Numbered from the stretch's first letter, positions 27,559 to 39,109 are shown. The stretch is DNA of 64,000 nt from an uncultured Chthonomonadaceae bacterium (GCA_963835065.1 CAWIEK010000044.1:416001-480000), one strand, 5' to 3'. Made by a program: numbers and translations. Notes: generated from the letters alone by a model not told the origin.

Positions 27559-30471
27559 CTATGCGGCTGGCAACAGTGGTTTGAGGAAGCGGCCTGTGTG
27601 TGAGCGGGGGTTGGCGGCGACTTGTTCGGGTGTGCCTTCGGCGACGATTTCGCCGCCTTTGTTGCCGCCTTCGGGTCCCAGGTCTATGATCCAGTCCGCC
27701 GTTTTAATCACGTCCAAATGGTGTTCGATGACCAGAACCGTGTTGCCCGCCTGCAACAGCCTGTCCAGACTGTCGAGCAGGCGCTGAATGTCGGCAAGGT
27801 GCAGGCCCGTTGTCGGCTCGTCCAGAATGTACAGATTGCGCCCGCCCCGCTTGATCTTGCTCAGTTCGTTCGCCAGTTTCACGCGCTGCGCTTCGCCGCC
27901 CGAAAGCGTGGTTGCCGCCTGACCCAGCGTGATATAGCCCATGCCCAACTCGTTCAGGATGCCCAGTTTGTGCGCGATTAATTTCTGGTCGCGGAAGAAC
28001 GCCGCGCCCGCCTCGACGGACAACGCCAGAATGTCCGCAATGCTTTTGTCCCGAAATTTCACTTCCAGCGTGTCCTGATTGTACCGCGCGCCCTTGCAGG
28101 TCGGGCAGGGATTCTCCACTTCCGGCATGAAGTGCAGATTGACCGTGACAATGCCCTCACCCCCGCACTCCTCGCACCGCCCGCCCTTGACGTTGAACGA
28201 AAACCGGGAGGGCGTATAGCCCCGTGCCCGCGCTTCCTCGGTTTCGGCAAACAGGCGACGAATGTCGTCGTAAAAGCCGATGTACGTGGCCGGGTTGGAG
28301 CGCGGCGAGCGGCCAATGGGTGATTGGTCTATGTTAATCACATCGCTCAGATGCTCAATGCCCTCCATACCTTCATGCGCCCCGGAAAGAACGCGGCTGT
28401 CATGGAAATGGTTATACAATCGCTTGTACAAAATTTCGTTCACCAGCGTACTTTTGCCGCTTCCCGACGCGCCCGTGACGCACACGAACAGGCCGAGCGG
28501 AATCTGCGCGTCAATGTGTTTCAGGTTGTTCTCATGCGCCCCGCGTATCGTCAGGAATTTCGCGCCCACAGGCCGCCGCGCAGGGGGAACCGCAATCCGC
28601 TTGCACCCGCTCAAAAACTGCCCTGTCAGCGAATTGGGATTGGCGATAATATCCGCCGCCGCGCCCTGCGCCACCACTTCGCCGCCGTGTATGCCCGGCC
28701 CCGGCCCGATTTCGATGATGTAATCCGCCGCCCGTATGGTTTCCTCGTCATGCTCCACCACGATTACGGAATTGCCGATGTCGCGCAGGCGTTTGAGCGT
28801 GTTGATCATCTTCACGTTGTCTTTGGCGTGAAGGCCGATGCTTGGCTCGTCCAGCACGTACAGCATGCCCATCAATCCCGACCCGATCTGCGTGGACAGG
28901 CGAATCCGCTGCGACTCGCCGCCCGCAAGCGTAGACGCCCGCCGGTTCAGGTTCAGATATTCCAGTCCGATGCCGATCAGCAAATCCAGCCGCGTAACAA
29001 TTTCTTTTGCCACATGCCGCCCCGCCTGCTCCTGCCGCCCGCCAGCCGGCAAATTTGCCAGAAAGTCGCGCAGTTCGTCAAGCGGCAGCAGACCCAACTC
29101 GTGGATATTGCGCCCGTTCATCGTGACAAGCAGGCGCTGCGGCTTCAGTTTCGTGCCCTTGCAGTCCGGGCAGACGTGTTCCACCATCACCTTCTTGATG
29201 TACTCTTCTATCCACGTATTGGCGACTTTTTCCTTTTTGTAGCGCCGATACCGCCGCTCGATGTCGTTGATAACGCCGTTGTACCGAAACAGCTTGCCGA
29301 CGTGTTCTTCCCCTTTTGTCGCGCCCTCCGGCAATACCATTTCAAACTTCTCGCCCTTGCTGCCGTACAAAATCACGTCTACCGCGCCGGATGGCAATTC
29401 TCCAAACGGCGTGTCCAGCGAAAAGCCATAGTGCTGCGCGAGGCTGACCAGCAGCCGCGTCGCCCAGGCGTTCTTGTCGTAATGAAAAACTTCGTTGACG
29501 AACGCCCCGCCCCGTATACTGCGCTTCTTGTCGGGAACCAGCAAATCGGGATGGACTTTCATGTAAACGCCCAATCCCGAACACGTCACACACGCGCTGT
29601 CCGGCTCATTAAAGCCGAAGTAATAGGGCATCAATTCGCCCATTGTAATCGCGTGTTCCGGGCAGGAAAAAGGGGCGTCAGAGGAAAAAGGAGAAAGGAG
29701 AAAGGCAAAAGTCTCCGCACTTGCTGCTTTCTCCTTTTTACTTTTTACTTTCTCCTCTGAGATGCGAAAGCGTATGAACCCTTCACCGACCCGCAGCGCA
29801 TTGGCGAGGGAAATCAGCAGGCTCTTGTGAATGTCAGGCTTGATGTAAAAGCGATCTACAACCACGTCCATTTCATACGCGCGGCCTTCGTCCAAATCCA
29901 GATCGTCGCTGATGTCGCGCAGTTCGCCGTCAATGTAAATGCGCCGATAGCCTTTGCTGCGTATTTCGCCCCACAGATACGGGTAATCCTCGCCATAGAT
30001 TTTGAACACGGGCGCGCACAGTTCGATAGCGGTTCCAGGTGGCAGAGCCAGCAGACGCTCGGCGATTTGCTCCGGCGTCTTCACGGCCACTTCCTGCCCA
30101 CAGCGCGGACAATGCGCAATCCCCACTGTCGCGTACAAGATGCGCAGATAATCGTATAAATCCGTCATTGTCCCGATGGTAGAGCGCGGGTTCTTGCCAA
30201 TCGTCTTCTGCTCAATGGAAACGACGGGCGACAATCCGACAACCATATCCACATCCGGCTTCTTCAACTGCTCCACAAACCGCCGCGCAAACGTGGACAT
30301 GGCATCCAGAAACTTCCGCTGCCCCTCCGCATAAATCGTTTCAAACACCAGCGACGACTTGCCCGACCCGCTCAACCCCGTCACAACGACAAGTTGATCG
30401 CGGGGTATCTCCACGTCAATGTTCTTCAGGTTGTTCTCGCGCGCCCGCTTCACCGCAATCGTCTGTCGCAT
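27559..30471 (-). CDS. uvrA: Excinuclease ABC subunit A (divergent UvrA) with an in-frame repeat hairpin
   Basis: Two ABC domains ([16 protein letters not shown]), LAGGESQR and LSGGEAQR, CxxC zinc fingers, and SNPATY. Confidence 0.95.
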   Translation of the reverse strand: MRQTIAVKRARENNLKNIDVEIPRDQLVVVTGLSGSGKSSLVFETIYAEGQRKFLDAMSTFARRFVEQLKKPDVDMVVGLSPVVSIEQKTIGKNPRSTIGTMTDLYDYLRILYATVGIAHCPRCGQEVAVKTPEQIAERLLALPPGTAIELCAPVFKIYGEDYPYLWGEIRSKGYRRIYIDGELRDISDDLDLDEGRAYEMDVVVDRFYIKPDIHKSLLISLANALRVGEGFIRFRISEEKVKSKKEKAASAETFAFLLSPFSSDAPFSCPEHAITMGELMPYYFGFNEPDSACVTCSGLGVYMKVHPDLLVPDKKRSIRGGAFVNEVFHYDKNAWATRLLVSLAQHYGFSLDTPFGELPSGAVDVILYGSKGEKFEMVLPEGATKGEEHVGKLFRYNGVINDIERRYRRYKKEKVANTWIEEYIKKVMVEHVCPDCKGTKLKPQRLLVTMNGRNIHELGLLPLDELRDFLANLPAGGRQEQAGRHVAKEIVTRLDLLIGIGLEYLNLNRRASTLAGGESQRIRLSTQIGSGLMGMLYVLDEPSIGLHAKDNVKMINTLKRLRDIGNSVIVVEHDEETIRAADYIIEIGPGPGIHGGEVVAQGAAADIIANPNSLTGQFLSGCKRIAVPPARRPVGAKFLTIRGAHENNLKHIDAQIPLGLFVCVTGASGSGKSTLVNEILYKRLYNHFHDSRVLSGAHEGMEGIEHLSDVINIDQSPIGRSPRSNPATYIGFYDDIRRLFAETEEARARGYTPSRFSFNVKGGRCEECGGEGIVTVNLHFMPEVENPCPTCKGARYNQDTLEVKFRDKSIADILALSVEAGAAFFRDQKLIAHKLGILNELGMGYITLGQAATTLSGGEAQRVKLANELSKIKRGGRNLYILDEPTTGLHLADIQRLLDSLDRLLQAGNTVLVIEHHLDVIKTADWIIDLGPEGGNKGGEIVAEGTPEQVAANPRSHTGRFLKPLLPAA

Positions 30472-30493
30472 AAAACCTCCAATACGCAAATTC

Positions 30494-30713
30494 TCACCAC
30501 AGAGGCACAGAGACACAGAGGTTTCACAGAGGAAGGAAAAGAGAAGAAATAGACAGGATTAACAGAATTTTCAGGATTAAACAGGATTACTCAAGGAGAG
30601 AACACGCTTGTGGCTACTCCCACTTGTATCTTATATCTTGACCCTTGTATCTCTTATCTTCTCTTTCTCGTATTTCTCTGTGAAACCTCTGTGTCTCTGT
30701 GCCTCTGTGGTGA
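30494..30713. repeat. 38-bp perfect inverted repeat of CACAGAG units enclosing other short-period arrays
   Basis: 30494-30531 is the exact reverse complement of 30676-30713. Inner ACAGGATT-type and ATCTTAT-type arrays. Confidence 0.95.
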
Positions 30714-30718
30714 ATATT

Positions 30719-32227
30719 TCACTTTTCTGCGTCGTAATAGTAGCCGGCTTCGTCCACGCTGATCTGGCTTTTTTCGGTCAGGCGGACGGGGCACGGCACT
30801 TTCTGCAAAATGCCTTTGTCGGCCAGCCATTCGTAGACGGTGGCAAGGGAGTGGATTTGGGTCTGCTTGGTAAAGTAAGCGTCAATGTCTGTTGTGGAGC
30901 GGACGCCGCCCTGATCGGCAAGATAAGAAAGGATGGGCTTGAACAGCGTGTGCAGGCGCTCGTCCAGATAGGCGTTGATTTTGCCTAATGCGGCTTCAAT
31001 GACGGCCTCGTCCTTTTTGCCGTGTATCAGGTCGAAGTACAGGGCGTTGAAGACAGCGGGGTTGTGCTTCAAGGCTTGGTGAATCACTTCCCGCGTGGTC
31101 ACTTCGCCGCGCTGAATCACTTCGATGGTCGCCAGATTGTTGACGCAGTACATGATCCACAGAAAACTATATGTCAGGTCTTGCTTGACATGAAACCATT
31201 TTTCGGCTTTGGCAAGGGTGTACAGAACGCCGTGCGCCTGCGCCAGAAGCTGCATCTCGATGTCGCGCTGCCCGACGCGAACGGGTTCCTGATACAAGTC
31301 GTGAATGGTGTCATCCGTCGTGTACAGCAGTGTGCTTTTGGAAAACCACGAGTGCGTAAACGAGCTTTGCAGCGAACCTTCCAGCAGGTGCTTGAACTTG
31401 CTGCGGGCGACCAGAACGACGTGAATGTTGATGCCGTTTTCGATCAGATTGAATTCTTTCACGGGAACGCGCTCGTTGCGCCCGATGAGAACCATGTCAA
31501 TGTCGGATTTCTCCCACACCTTGTCATACGCCAGGCTGCCGAACAAAATGGCGGCAATCACGTACCGATCCTGCTTGATCTTGTTCACAAACGATTCCAG
31601 CGCCTCGTTGTACAGCGCGACCGTGTTGGCAAAATGGGCGTCGCGGGAAGGGCGTTTTTCCTGCAGGGTATCGCGTACAAAGTCGAGCATTTTTTCCCTC
31701 AGCAGCTTGCGGGCGCAGAACAGGCGCTTTTTTACGGTGGTAAGCGGCAGTTCCAGAAAGGCGGCGATCTCGTTTTGGGAGTAATCGTTGATGTAGAACA
31801 GGGTAATCACCATACGCGCATTGGGCGGCAGGGACGCGATGGCAAGCTGGACCCGCGCTTTCTGCTCCGCCTGTTCTAACGCGGCCTGCGGTTCGGGCAG
31901 AAAGGACGGTACAAACTGCGCGGTTTCCAGGGAAATGGTGTCCACTTGCTTGCCGCGCGTCAGGCGATTGCATTGCGAAAGGACGATGCGCTTGAACCAG
32001 CCGGGGAACGCTTGCGGCTGCCGCAATTGGTTGAGATTGCGCCACGCGACAACAAACGCTTCTTGCGCGGCATCCTCGGCAAGCTGAAAATCGCCCAGCA
32101 CGGCATACGCGCAGCCAAAGGCAAGGTCCTGAAACTCCCGGACGATCTCACCAAAGGCGCGCTGCTTTTCTTTGTCGGCGCAGCGCGAAGCCGTCGCCCG
32201 CGCAATAAGCGTTTCAATCTCGTGCAT
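30719..32227 (-). CDS. ECF sigma factor fused to a nucleotidyltransferase-like C-terminal region
   Basis: Sigma region 2 (AEDAAQEAF, FPGWFKRI) and region 4 (SQNEIAAFLELPLTTVKKRL), followed by LFGSLA...SDID. Confidence 0.85.
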   Translation of the reverse strand: MHEIETLIARATASRCADKEKQRAFGEIVREFQDLAFGCAYAVLGDFQLAEDAAQEAFVVAWRNLNQLRQPQAFPGWFKRIVLSQCNRLTRGKQVDTISLETAQFVPSFLPEPQAALEQAEQKARVQLAIASLPPNARMVITLFYINDYSQNEIAAFLELPLTTVKKRLFCARKLLREKMLDFVRDTLQEKRPSRDAHFANTVALYNEALESFVNKIKQDRYVIAAILFGSLAYDKVWEKSDIDMVLIGRNERVPVKEFNLIENGINIHVVLVARSKFKHLLEGSLQSSFTHSWFSKSTLLYTTDDTIHDLYQEPVRVGQRDIEMQLLAQAHGVLYTLAKAEKWFHVKQDLTYSFLWIMYCVNNLATIEVIQRGEVTTREVIHQALKHNPAVFNALYFDLIHGKKDEAVIEAALGKINAYLDERLHTLFKPILSYLADQGGVRSTTDIDAYFTKQTQIHSLATVYEWLADKGILQKVPCPVRLTEKSQISVDEAGYYYDAEK

Positions 32228-32490
32228 GTCGCGTCCACACTCCAACCGCAGGGCAAAACCGCAGGGTAAAAAGATGGCAAGGTACTCTGCTACTACACAG
32301 AGCCGATCAAAGCGGAAAAGGATACCAACATTTTTGGTGATGTCAGAATTTTACTTCATGCGGCTGACAAATGTGGACTGTTCCCCAACTCCGGCATAGA
32401 GAAGCGTAAACGAGTATAATAGTAGAGAACCCTGCCGCACAAGTCAATACGGTTGGAAATAGGTTGAGAAAAGGACTGTTGAGGAAACCG

Positions 32491-32871
32491 ATGATTGTTT
32501 TGGATGAGATTACGCGCGACGAGCAGGTCGCGATTTTGGAAGTGTTTGACAACCCGCGCCCGGAGCGGGACTACCGCATTGTGCATACCTGCCCGGAATT
32601 TACGTCCGTGTGTCCCAAGACGGGACAGCCGGACTTTGCGACGATTACCATTGATTACGTAGCCGACCGTGTTTGTCTGGAACTGAAGTCGCTGAAAATG
32701 TACTTTTTTGCTTTCCGGCAACAGGGCATATTTTATGAGGCGGTTATCAACCGGATACTGGACGATCTGGTAGCCGTCTGCCGCCCGCGCCAGATGACCG
32801 TGACAGGCGATTTTGCCGTTCGCGGCGGTTTTTCCTCTGTGATTACGGCAGATTACCGACAGCGCGAATAA
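32491..32871 (+). CDS. queF: NADPH-dependent preQ0 reductase
   Basis: Motifs [24 protein letters not shown] and RGG. Confidence 0.93.
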   Translation: MIVLDEITRDEQVAILEVFDNPRPERDYRIVHTCPEFTSVCPKTGQPDFATITIDYVADRVCLELKSLKMYFFAFRQQGIFYEAVINRILDDLVAVCRPRQMTVTGDFAVRGGFSSVITADYRQRE

Positions 32872-32930
32872 TTGCCGTATCCAGCGGCTAACTTGCGCCC
32901 GTTTACCGGCACACAACGTTTTCTGTTCAG

Positions 32931-32968
32931 CCCCTGTTGAAATTTCCAACTTGAAATTTCAACAGGGG
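32931..32968. promoter_or_regulatory. 16-bp perfect inverted repeat (terminator or operator)
   Basis: CCCCTGTTGAAATTTC-CAACTT-GAAATTTCAACAGGGG. Confidence 0.55.
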
Positions 32969-33045
32969 TTTGGCTTGCCGATGGCGAAACAAGGGGTCAG
33001 GGAAACCATGACAACAAAATTTGAAGAAAAAACAAGGAGAAAGCA

Positions 33046-34071
33046 ATGGCAAAAACATACCGGGTGGGCGTGGCCTGCATGTCGCACGACCATGTGTGGG
33101 GCGAACTGGCGAACTGGAGCGCGCTGAAAAACGTGGAACTGGTGGCGGGCGGGGATGATGAGCCGCACCTGCTGGAAGAACTCAAACAAAAGCATGGCGT
33201 CGCGCGCCTGTACAACACCTTTGAAGAAATGATTGCCAACGAAGAACTCGACATCGTGCAGGCGGCGGGCGGCAACAGCGAGGGCGCGGCCATTGTGGAA
33301 GCGGCGGCGGCAAAGGGTCTGCATGTCATCAGCGAAAAACCGATGGCCGCGACATTGGAGCAGGCAGACCGGATGCTTCAGGCGGCGCAAAAGGCGGGCG
33401 TACTGCTGCTCATCAACTGGCCCAACGCCTGGTCTGCCGCGTGGCAGGAATTGGCGCGGCGCGCGCTTGCCGGCGACATCGGCGAAATTCGCTACACGCG
33501 CTATCGCAGCGCCCACAACGGCCCGGTTGCCATCGGCTGCGCGCCCAGTTTCGTGCGCGACCTGACCACGCCGGAAATCAACGGCGCGGGCGCGTTAATG
33601 GATTACTGCTGTTATGGGGCCAATCTTGCCGCGCTTTTGCTCGGCTCGCCGCAGTCCGTGACGGGAATGAGGGGCGTGTTCGGCAATGAACCCGCGTATG
33701 CCGCTTCGGACGACAACGCGCTCATCATGGCGAAATACGCCCATGCGTTCGGCGTGTGCGAGGCAAGCTGGACGCAAACCGTCGGCTACGCGGGAACCAA
33801 CCCGGTCGTGTACGGCAGCGAAGGTTCGTTGGGCATCCATCACGGCAAAATTCTGGTACAGCGTCCCGGCAAGAATGAGCAGATCGTCACGCCGCCCGAT
33901 ACGGAGTACCCGCGCCGCAGCGCGCCGGAGTACCTGCTCCACTGCCTGGAAAACAATCTGCCGATAGAAGGCTTCTGCTCGCCCGCCGTGAGCCGCATGG
34001 CGCAGGAGATATTGGAGGCCGGACTGCGCGCGTCCGACACGGGCCAAACACAAACCCTGCCACTTAAATAA
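33046..34071 (+). CDS. Gfo/Idh/MocA-family oxidoreductase
   Basis: Motifs SEKPMA and GAGALMDYCCYG. Confidence 0.9.
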   Translation: MAKTYRVGVACMSHDHVWGELANWSALKNVELVAGGDDEPHLLEELKQKHGVARLYNTFEEMIANEELDIVQAAGGNSEGAAIVEAAAAKGLHVISEKPMAATLEQADRMLQAAQKAGVLLLINWPNAWSAAWQELARRALAGDIGEIRYTRYRSAHNGPVAIGCAPSFVRDLTTPEINGAGALMDYCCYGANLAALLLGSPQSVTGMRGVFGNEPAYAASDDNALIMAKYAHAFGVCEASWTQTVGYAGTNPVVYGSEGSLGIHHGKILVQRPGKNEQIVTPPDTEYPRRSAPEYLLHCLENNLPIEGFCSPAVSRMAQEILEAGLRASDTGQTQTLPLK

Positions 34072-34109
34072 AAACGCATTTAGCCGCAAATACACGCAAA
34101 TACACGCGA

Positions 34110-35853
34110 ATGACAAACATAAAACTACCGGAGACTATGACGGGCTGGAACCTGTATGGGGAAGGCTTTGAGCGGTTGGGGCGGGAAGGCAGGCCGGAAA
34201 CGCTGCCGGTTCCCGCGTTTGGGGCGAACGAACTTTTGGCGCGTTCGGATGCCTGCGGGCTGTGCTTTTCCGATACCAAAGTGATCGCGCTTGGCGGCAA
34301 TCATCCGCGCCTTGTAGGGCGTGATTTAGCCGCGCAGCCGGTCACTTTGGGGCATGAAGTGGCGGTTACGATTGTAGGCGTGGGGGAAGCGCTGCAGGGC
34401 AAGTACCTTGTCGGGGAACGGTACGTGGTGCAGCCGGACGTGTTTTATGGGGGCAGGGGTGTAGCGTATGGGTATGCGATTGCGGGCGGATTGTCCGAGT
34501 ACAGCGTGATTCCCGAAGCGATTCTCAACGGTGATGAGGGCTGTTACTTGCTGCCCGTTCGCGCCCAAACCGGCTATGTGGAGGCCGCGCTGACGGAACC
34601 CTGGGCGTGTGTCACCGCCGCCTACAATCAGGCGCACCGGGACGGCATCAAACCCGGCGGGCAGATGCTGATTGTGGGAAGTGAAGACGCGGAGGAACGG
34701 GAGTACGACTGGCGCGATGTGTTTGCCCCCAACCAATTGCCCGCCTCTATCCATTTATGGCGCGCGTCGGGCAAAACTAGAGCATCATTAGAATCATTGA
34801 TAGGACAAACGGCGGAAGCGAGACTTGCGCAAAGTGTTGTTTCGATTACGGATGCAACCGAAGCGGGCAATTTGGCGCAGCAGTTCGCGGATGTTCGCTT
34901 CGACGACATTCTGATTGTGGGTAACGCCGCGCCGGAAATTATCGAACAAGCCGCCACGCTTTTAGCCGATCACGGCATCCTGAATCTGGTTTGTGACCGT
35001 TCGGTTTCGCGTCCTCTTGCGCTGGACATCGGGCGTATCCATTACAACTGGCATCACTACATCGGCACGAACACGAACCGGCCTGCTGAAGTCCTACCGC
35101 GAAACCCGAACGGCGGAACTGGCGGCAGGCGGCGTCTGCTGGTTTGTGGGCGCGGGCGGGCCGATGGGACAAATGCACGTACAACGCGCCCTACAGCATC
35201 CCAACCCGCCCCGCCGCATTGTGGCGACGGATGTAGACGCGGCCCGTTTGCAAAGCGTTCTGGACCGCTTCGGCGCAATGGCGCACAAACGGGACATTGA
35301 ACTGTTTGCGCTGAACCCCGCCATAATGGATGCAACGGCGTTTGACGCAGAACTGCGCCGACTTTCGGACACAGGCAATCGGCAGGGCTTTGACGACATT
35401 GTTTCCCTCGTTCCGTCCGCCGATGTGACCGCACACGCGGCGCAATTTCTTGCCAATGGCGGCTGGCTCAACATTTTTGCGGGCGTGGCGCGGGGAACGA
35501 TGGCAAATATGGATGTAAACCGCCTTGCGCAAAACCGTTGCCGGGTGGTGGGCAGTACGGGTTCGTCGTTGGCGGACATGCGCGAAACCCTGAACCGCGT
35601 GGAGCGGGGCGAACTGGCAACGAACACCTCTCTGGCGGCAATCGGCGGACTGGAAGCGGCTTTGGAAGGCTTGCAGGCCGTGAAAACAGGCCGCTTCGCA
35701 GGCAAAACCCTGATATTCCCGCAAATCCACGACCTGCCCCTGACGCCGCTTGCGGAACTCGAAACCACGCTCCCAACCGTATACGCCAAATTAAAAGACG
35801 GCCAATTCTGGACAAATGAAGCCGAAGCCGAATTGCTGCGTCTAAAGATGTAA
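34110..35853 (+). CDS. Zn-dependent alcohol dehydrogenase family, sorbose-1-P-reductase-like (frameshift near 35088)
   Basis: Motifs CGLCFSD, LGHE and LTEPWAC. GAGGPMG lies in the second frame. Confidence 0.8.
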
Positions 35854-35857
35854 ACAC

Positions 35858-36731
35858 ATGGCAGAGACGACCACAACCGATCTTGAACTATCTGCTGAAC
35901 GCGCTCGACAGCAAGGACGAACAAACGCGCGCCGATGCCATGCGGCAGGCGCGTAGTCTATCGCCGGACGCACTGCTAACCTTGTCTGGTTTGGAAGCGC
36001 AGCATTTCCGTAGTCACCATCGTTCTCAGCGGTATAGGATAGGACTACTGCTAACGATCTTTATGAGTTTGTTCGGCGCTTTCTTCTATCTGATGGGCGC
36101 AAAACTAAATTTTGTCTTCATGGTCATTCTGCTTGCTGTCCCTTATACCTTCCTAATACCGCTCATCGCTAAGTATTTGAACGGAGGCTTATATCCGTCA
36201 CGCGCAAGACGCAGTTTGACCGCCGCTCTGGAAGAAGCAGAGGATGTGTCCTTTGTGCCTGTTGCGCTCACATTGTTACAGACTAAAACGGCGGAAATCA
36301 CGCCTGCTATCCTCAGCCTGTTGAAACGCCTGCTGCCACAGTTACATGCGGGCGATGCGCAAACATGGACGCCGGAGCAGTATCAGGCTTTGCTGAAATT
36401 GCTGTCTGCGCCGCCGAAAGATAAAGAGTTAAAAGATACGGAGTTGGCGTTGAGCGTGTTGAAAGCGCTGGAGCAGATCGGGGATGCGCGGGCGATTCCC
36501 GCAGTGGAGGTGCTTGCTTACTCGTCGCCTCACTCCGTATCCCGGCAAGTGCAGCAGGCGGCGGCGGAGTGTTTGCCGTATTTGCGGCAGCGGGCGGGGG
36601 AACAGCAACAGGCGCAAACCCTGCTTCGCCCCACGCAGCCAAATACAACCGGAGAAAACCTGCTGCGGCCTGCCGCGCAAACCACGCCGCAAACGCCCGA
36701 CGAGCAACTGCTGCGGCCACAACAACATTAA
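35858..36731 (+). CDS. HEAT-like 'LLR'-tail membrane protein (copy 3; probable indel near 35883)
   Basis: Motifs LKRLLPQL and LKALEQIGD, with a triple LLRP tail and two TM segments. Confidence 0.7.
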
Positions 36732-36736
36732 CGCCC

Positions 36737-37795
36737 ATGCGCAAACCAAAAGCATTGCCAAAATCATTGCTTGAATTGCGGAAACGCCTGAACAGCCGCG
36801 AGGAAGCGGTACGCGAACAAGCCTATCAGGAAGCGCTTGCCCTGCCCGCCGAAACGCTGCTGCTTCTTGCCACATCGGAGGCGAAACGCGCGCACAACGG
36901 CATGAAAATACAGGGTGCAGTCGGTGGCTCTTGCTGCGTCTGGCTGCTGGCGGGTATCGCGACCATTGTGGCCCAATTTGCGCTGCATACCGCATTTACA
37001 GAATGGGACGCGCTGCTGTGTTTGTGGCTGGTTTTGTCCATTGGGACACCGATCAAGGTCGAATCGCGCAGCCGTTTGTACAGCCTGTACAGCCGCATGA
37101 TTCTGGCCCAAACCGATGCTCGGTTTGTCGCCCCGGCCCTGCTGTTCTACCTTAATATGGACTCACGCGCTTATCCCGACTTGTATAAAGACCTGCGCCA
37201 AAGCCTGATGCGCCTGATGCCTTTGCTGACGCCCGCCGAGTTGGAAGCGTGGACACCCGCGCATAAAACGGCCTTGCGACAGCATGCTTATGGAGACGGC
37301 AATGAAATTGGACGCTGGTACGATCTGGAATTGATGTGCTGCGTCCTGCAAACGCTGGCGTGTGTAGGCACTGTAGAAGACATTCCGGCGGCGCGAAGAT
37401 TGGCAAACCTGACGCCGGAGCAAATTCACGCGAATATCGAGCCTTCCGCGCATAACGAGGACCGCAAGGAACTGTTCCAGGCAATTATCGCGTCAACTGT
37501 GGTTGCTCCTCATGAGTGGGGTCAATGGGAAGCGGAATCGCAGGCCGTGAGGCAGGACGCGCGGTACAAGCAATGGTGTTGGGAACGGGCGCAGGAGATA
37601 CACAAGTTGGCAAACCAATGTCTTGCCGCGCTGACGGAACGAACCGGCCAACAGCAGCAATCCGACGCACTCTTACGCGCCTCGCTGGAAACAACCGCCA
37701 ACCAATCCCAAATCCTGCTGCGCCCGCAATACACTACGCAATCGGAAACGCCGCCGGAAGAATTGCTGAGGCCGGGGGTGATAGTTGATAGTTGA
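36737..37795 (+). CDS. HEAT-like 'LLR'-tail membrane protein (copy 4)
   Basis: Two TM segments, LMRLMP, and an LLRAS..LLRP..LLRP tail. Confidence 0.7.
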   Translation: MRKPKALPKSLLELRKRLNSREEAVREQAYQEALALPAETLLLLATSEAKRAHNGMKIQGAVGGSCCVWLLAGIATIVAQFALHTAFTEWDALLCLWLVLSIGTPIKVESRSRLYSLYSRMILAQTDARFVAPALLFYLNMDSRAYPDLYKDLRQSLMRLMPLLTPAELEAWTPAHKTALRQHAYGDGNEIGRWYDLELMCCVLQTLACVGTVEDIPAARRLANLTPEQIHANIEPSAHNEDRKELFQAIIASTVVAPHEWGQWEAESQAVRQDARYKQWCWERAQEIHKLANQCLAALTERTGQQQQSDALLRASLETTANQSQILLRPQYTTQSETPPEELLRPGVIVDS

Positions 37796-37890
37796 GGGGC
37801 AGACAATGATCGAGTGCTGAATGATGAATGATGAGTGATGAATAACACGATGCAGTTTACTCATCATTCATCATTCAGCACTCATCACTT
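37780..37890. repeat. GATAGTT and GATGAAT/ATTCATC heptamer arrays between convergent genes
   Basis: Arms at 37816-37843 and 37859-37890 pair. A GATAGTT array supplies the stop of the upstream gene. Confidence 0.9.
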
Positions 37891-37899
37891 CAAGAACCC

Positions 37900-38649
37900 T
37901 CAACCTGTTCTAATATCCCGCAGGTACTTCACGTGGCCGTCGAGGAGCAGGCGATTGCGCCCGCCCGTATGGACGGAAACGCCTTTGAGGTCGGCGGGAA
38001 CGGTGGGAATGGTGCGCGGAAAGTAGGGGTCAACGGCCATTTCCACGTCGGCGGGGCCGTCCGGGATACCGGCTTGCGGGTTGTTCGCCTGCTTCAAATC
38101 CTCAACAGCCTGCGTTTCAGTTTTGCCCCAAAACTCGTCTAAGGGCGTGGGCACGTCGGGACGGTCGAAGCGCCACAGCCAGTAGCGCACAATGGGCGCG
38201 TCGGGCGTAGCGTCGAGCGCCTGCGCCACTTGCGGCGTTTTGCTCATAACGCTGCCCGCCACGCTCGGACAGTTCCAGATAGCCTGATTATGGGTATAGG
38301 GCTGAAGCGTCAGCGCGGCCCATCCACTGCGCGGGTCGGAAGTCGGCCACGTCGTCCAGGGCTTGTACCCGCCCGGAAAAGCCGTTTTCAGGTCGCGGCG
38401 ATCCGGCATCAGTTCGTCATAATCCTGTATGTACATCGCAAACGCGGTTCCAATTTGGCGCAAATTGGACAGACACGCCGCCTGCCGCGCCTTTTCGCGC
38501 GCCTGCGCAAAGACCGGAAACAGAATGGCGGCGAGAATCGCAATTATGGCGATCACGACGAGCAATTCGATTAAGGTGAAGGCGGTATTGAGTGTTGGGT
38601 GTTGGGTGTTAGTATTTTCGATTTTCGATTTTCGATTTTCGAGTGGCAT
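37900..38649 (-). CDS. Prepilin-type N-methylation / H-X9-DG (DUF1559-like) protein
   Basis: [33 protein letters not shown] and [15 protein letters not shown]. Confidence 0.9.
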   Translation of the reverse strand: MPLENRKSKIENTNTQHPTLNTAFTLIELLVVIAIIAILAAILFPVFAQAREKARQAACLSNLRQIGTAFAMYIQDYDELMPDRRDLKTAFPGGYKPWTTWPTSDPRSGWAALTLQPYTHNQAIWNCPSVAGSVMSKTPQVAQALDATPDAPIVRYWLWRFDRPDVPTPLDEFWGKTETQAVEDLKQANNPQAGIPDGPADVEMAVDPYFPRTIPTVPADLKGVSVHTGGRNRLLLDGHVKYLRDIRTG

Positions 38650-38941
38650 GGTGTTGCATTTGTCCGGCTTGGCAGCGATATTTTGCTGTTTGTTGGTTCT
38701 ACCGTTGCGGGAAGGGCAGAGTTCCCAATCGTCGGAAAGTATCTAATGGGCGGATTTCAAATTTAGGGCGTTCATCTTATTCGGGGTTGCCGGGGATTTT
38801 CAATACCCGGCCAGTAGTTCACAGCAAGCGTTTGAATTGTCCGCAAGCGCGCAATTTATTGGAACGGTACTGCGTGTTATGGAAAAATGAGAACTTTTCA
38901 CCGTTCATATCTGTTATTAGTATGTCCGCTTCTGAACAAGC

Positions 38942-39014
38942 GACTTTAACAAGACAGCCGTTCCAGTCCGCGCAGGCGGGCTTCGTTATCACAGCCGAGG
39001 AATTTATTCCCCGG
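38942..39014 (+). repeat. Dispersed REP/MITE-like repeat (copy A)
   Basis: GTTCCAGTCCGCG(C/A)AGGC(G/A)GGCTTCGTTATCACAGCCG, shared with 44567-44624. Confidence 0.75.
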
Positions 39015-39109
39015 ACTCTGTCGTTGCACGGACGCCGCTGATGTACTTATGCACTCCGTGTTGTACAGATAGGCGGCATGTTCCGGCAACCATAGGAGAA
39101 CCGCAAACC

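Noticed and set aside
32250..32490. preQ1 riboswitch upstream of queF
   Set aside because: No recognisable preQ1 stem-loop with an A-rich tail was found by eye.
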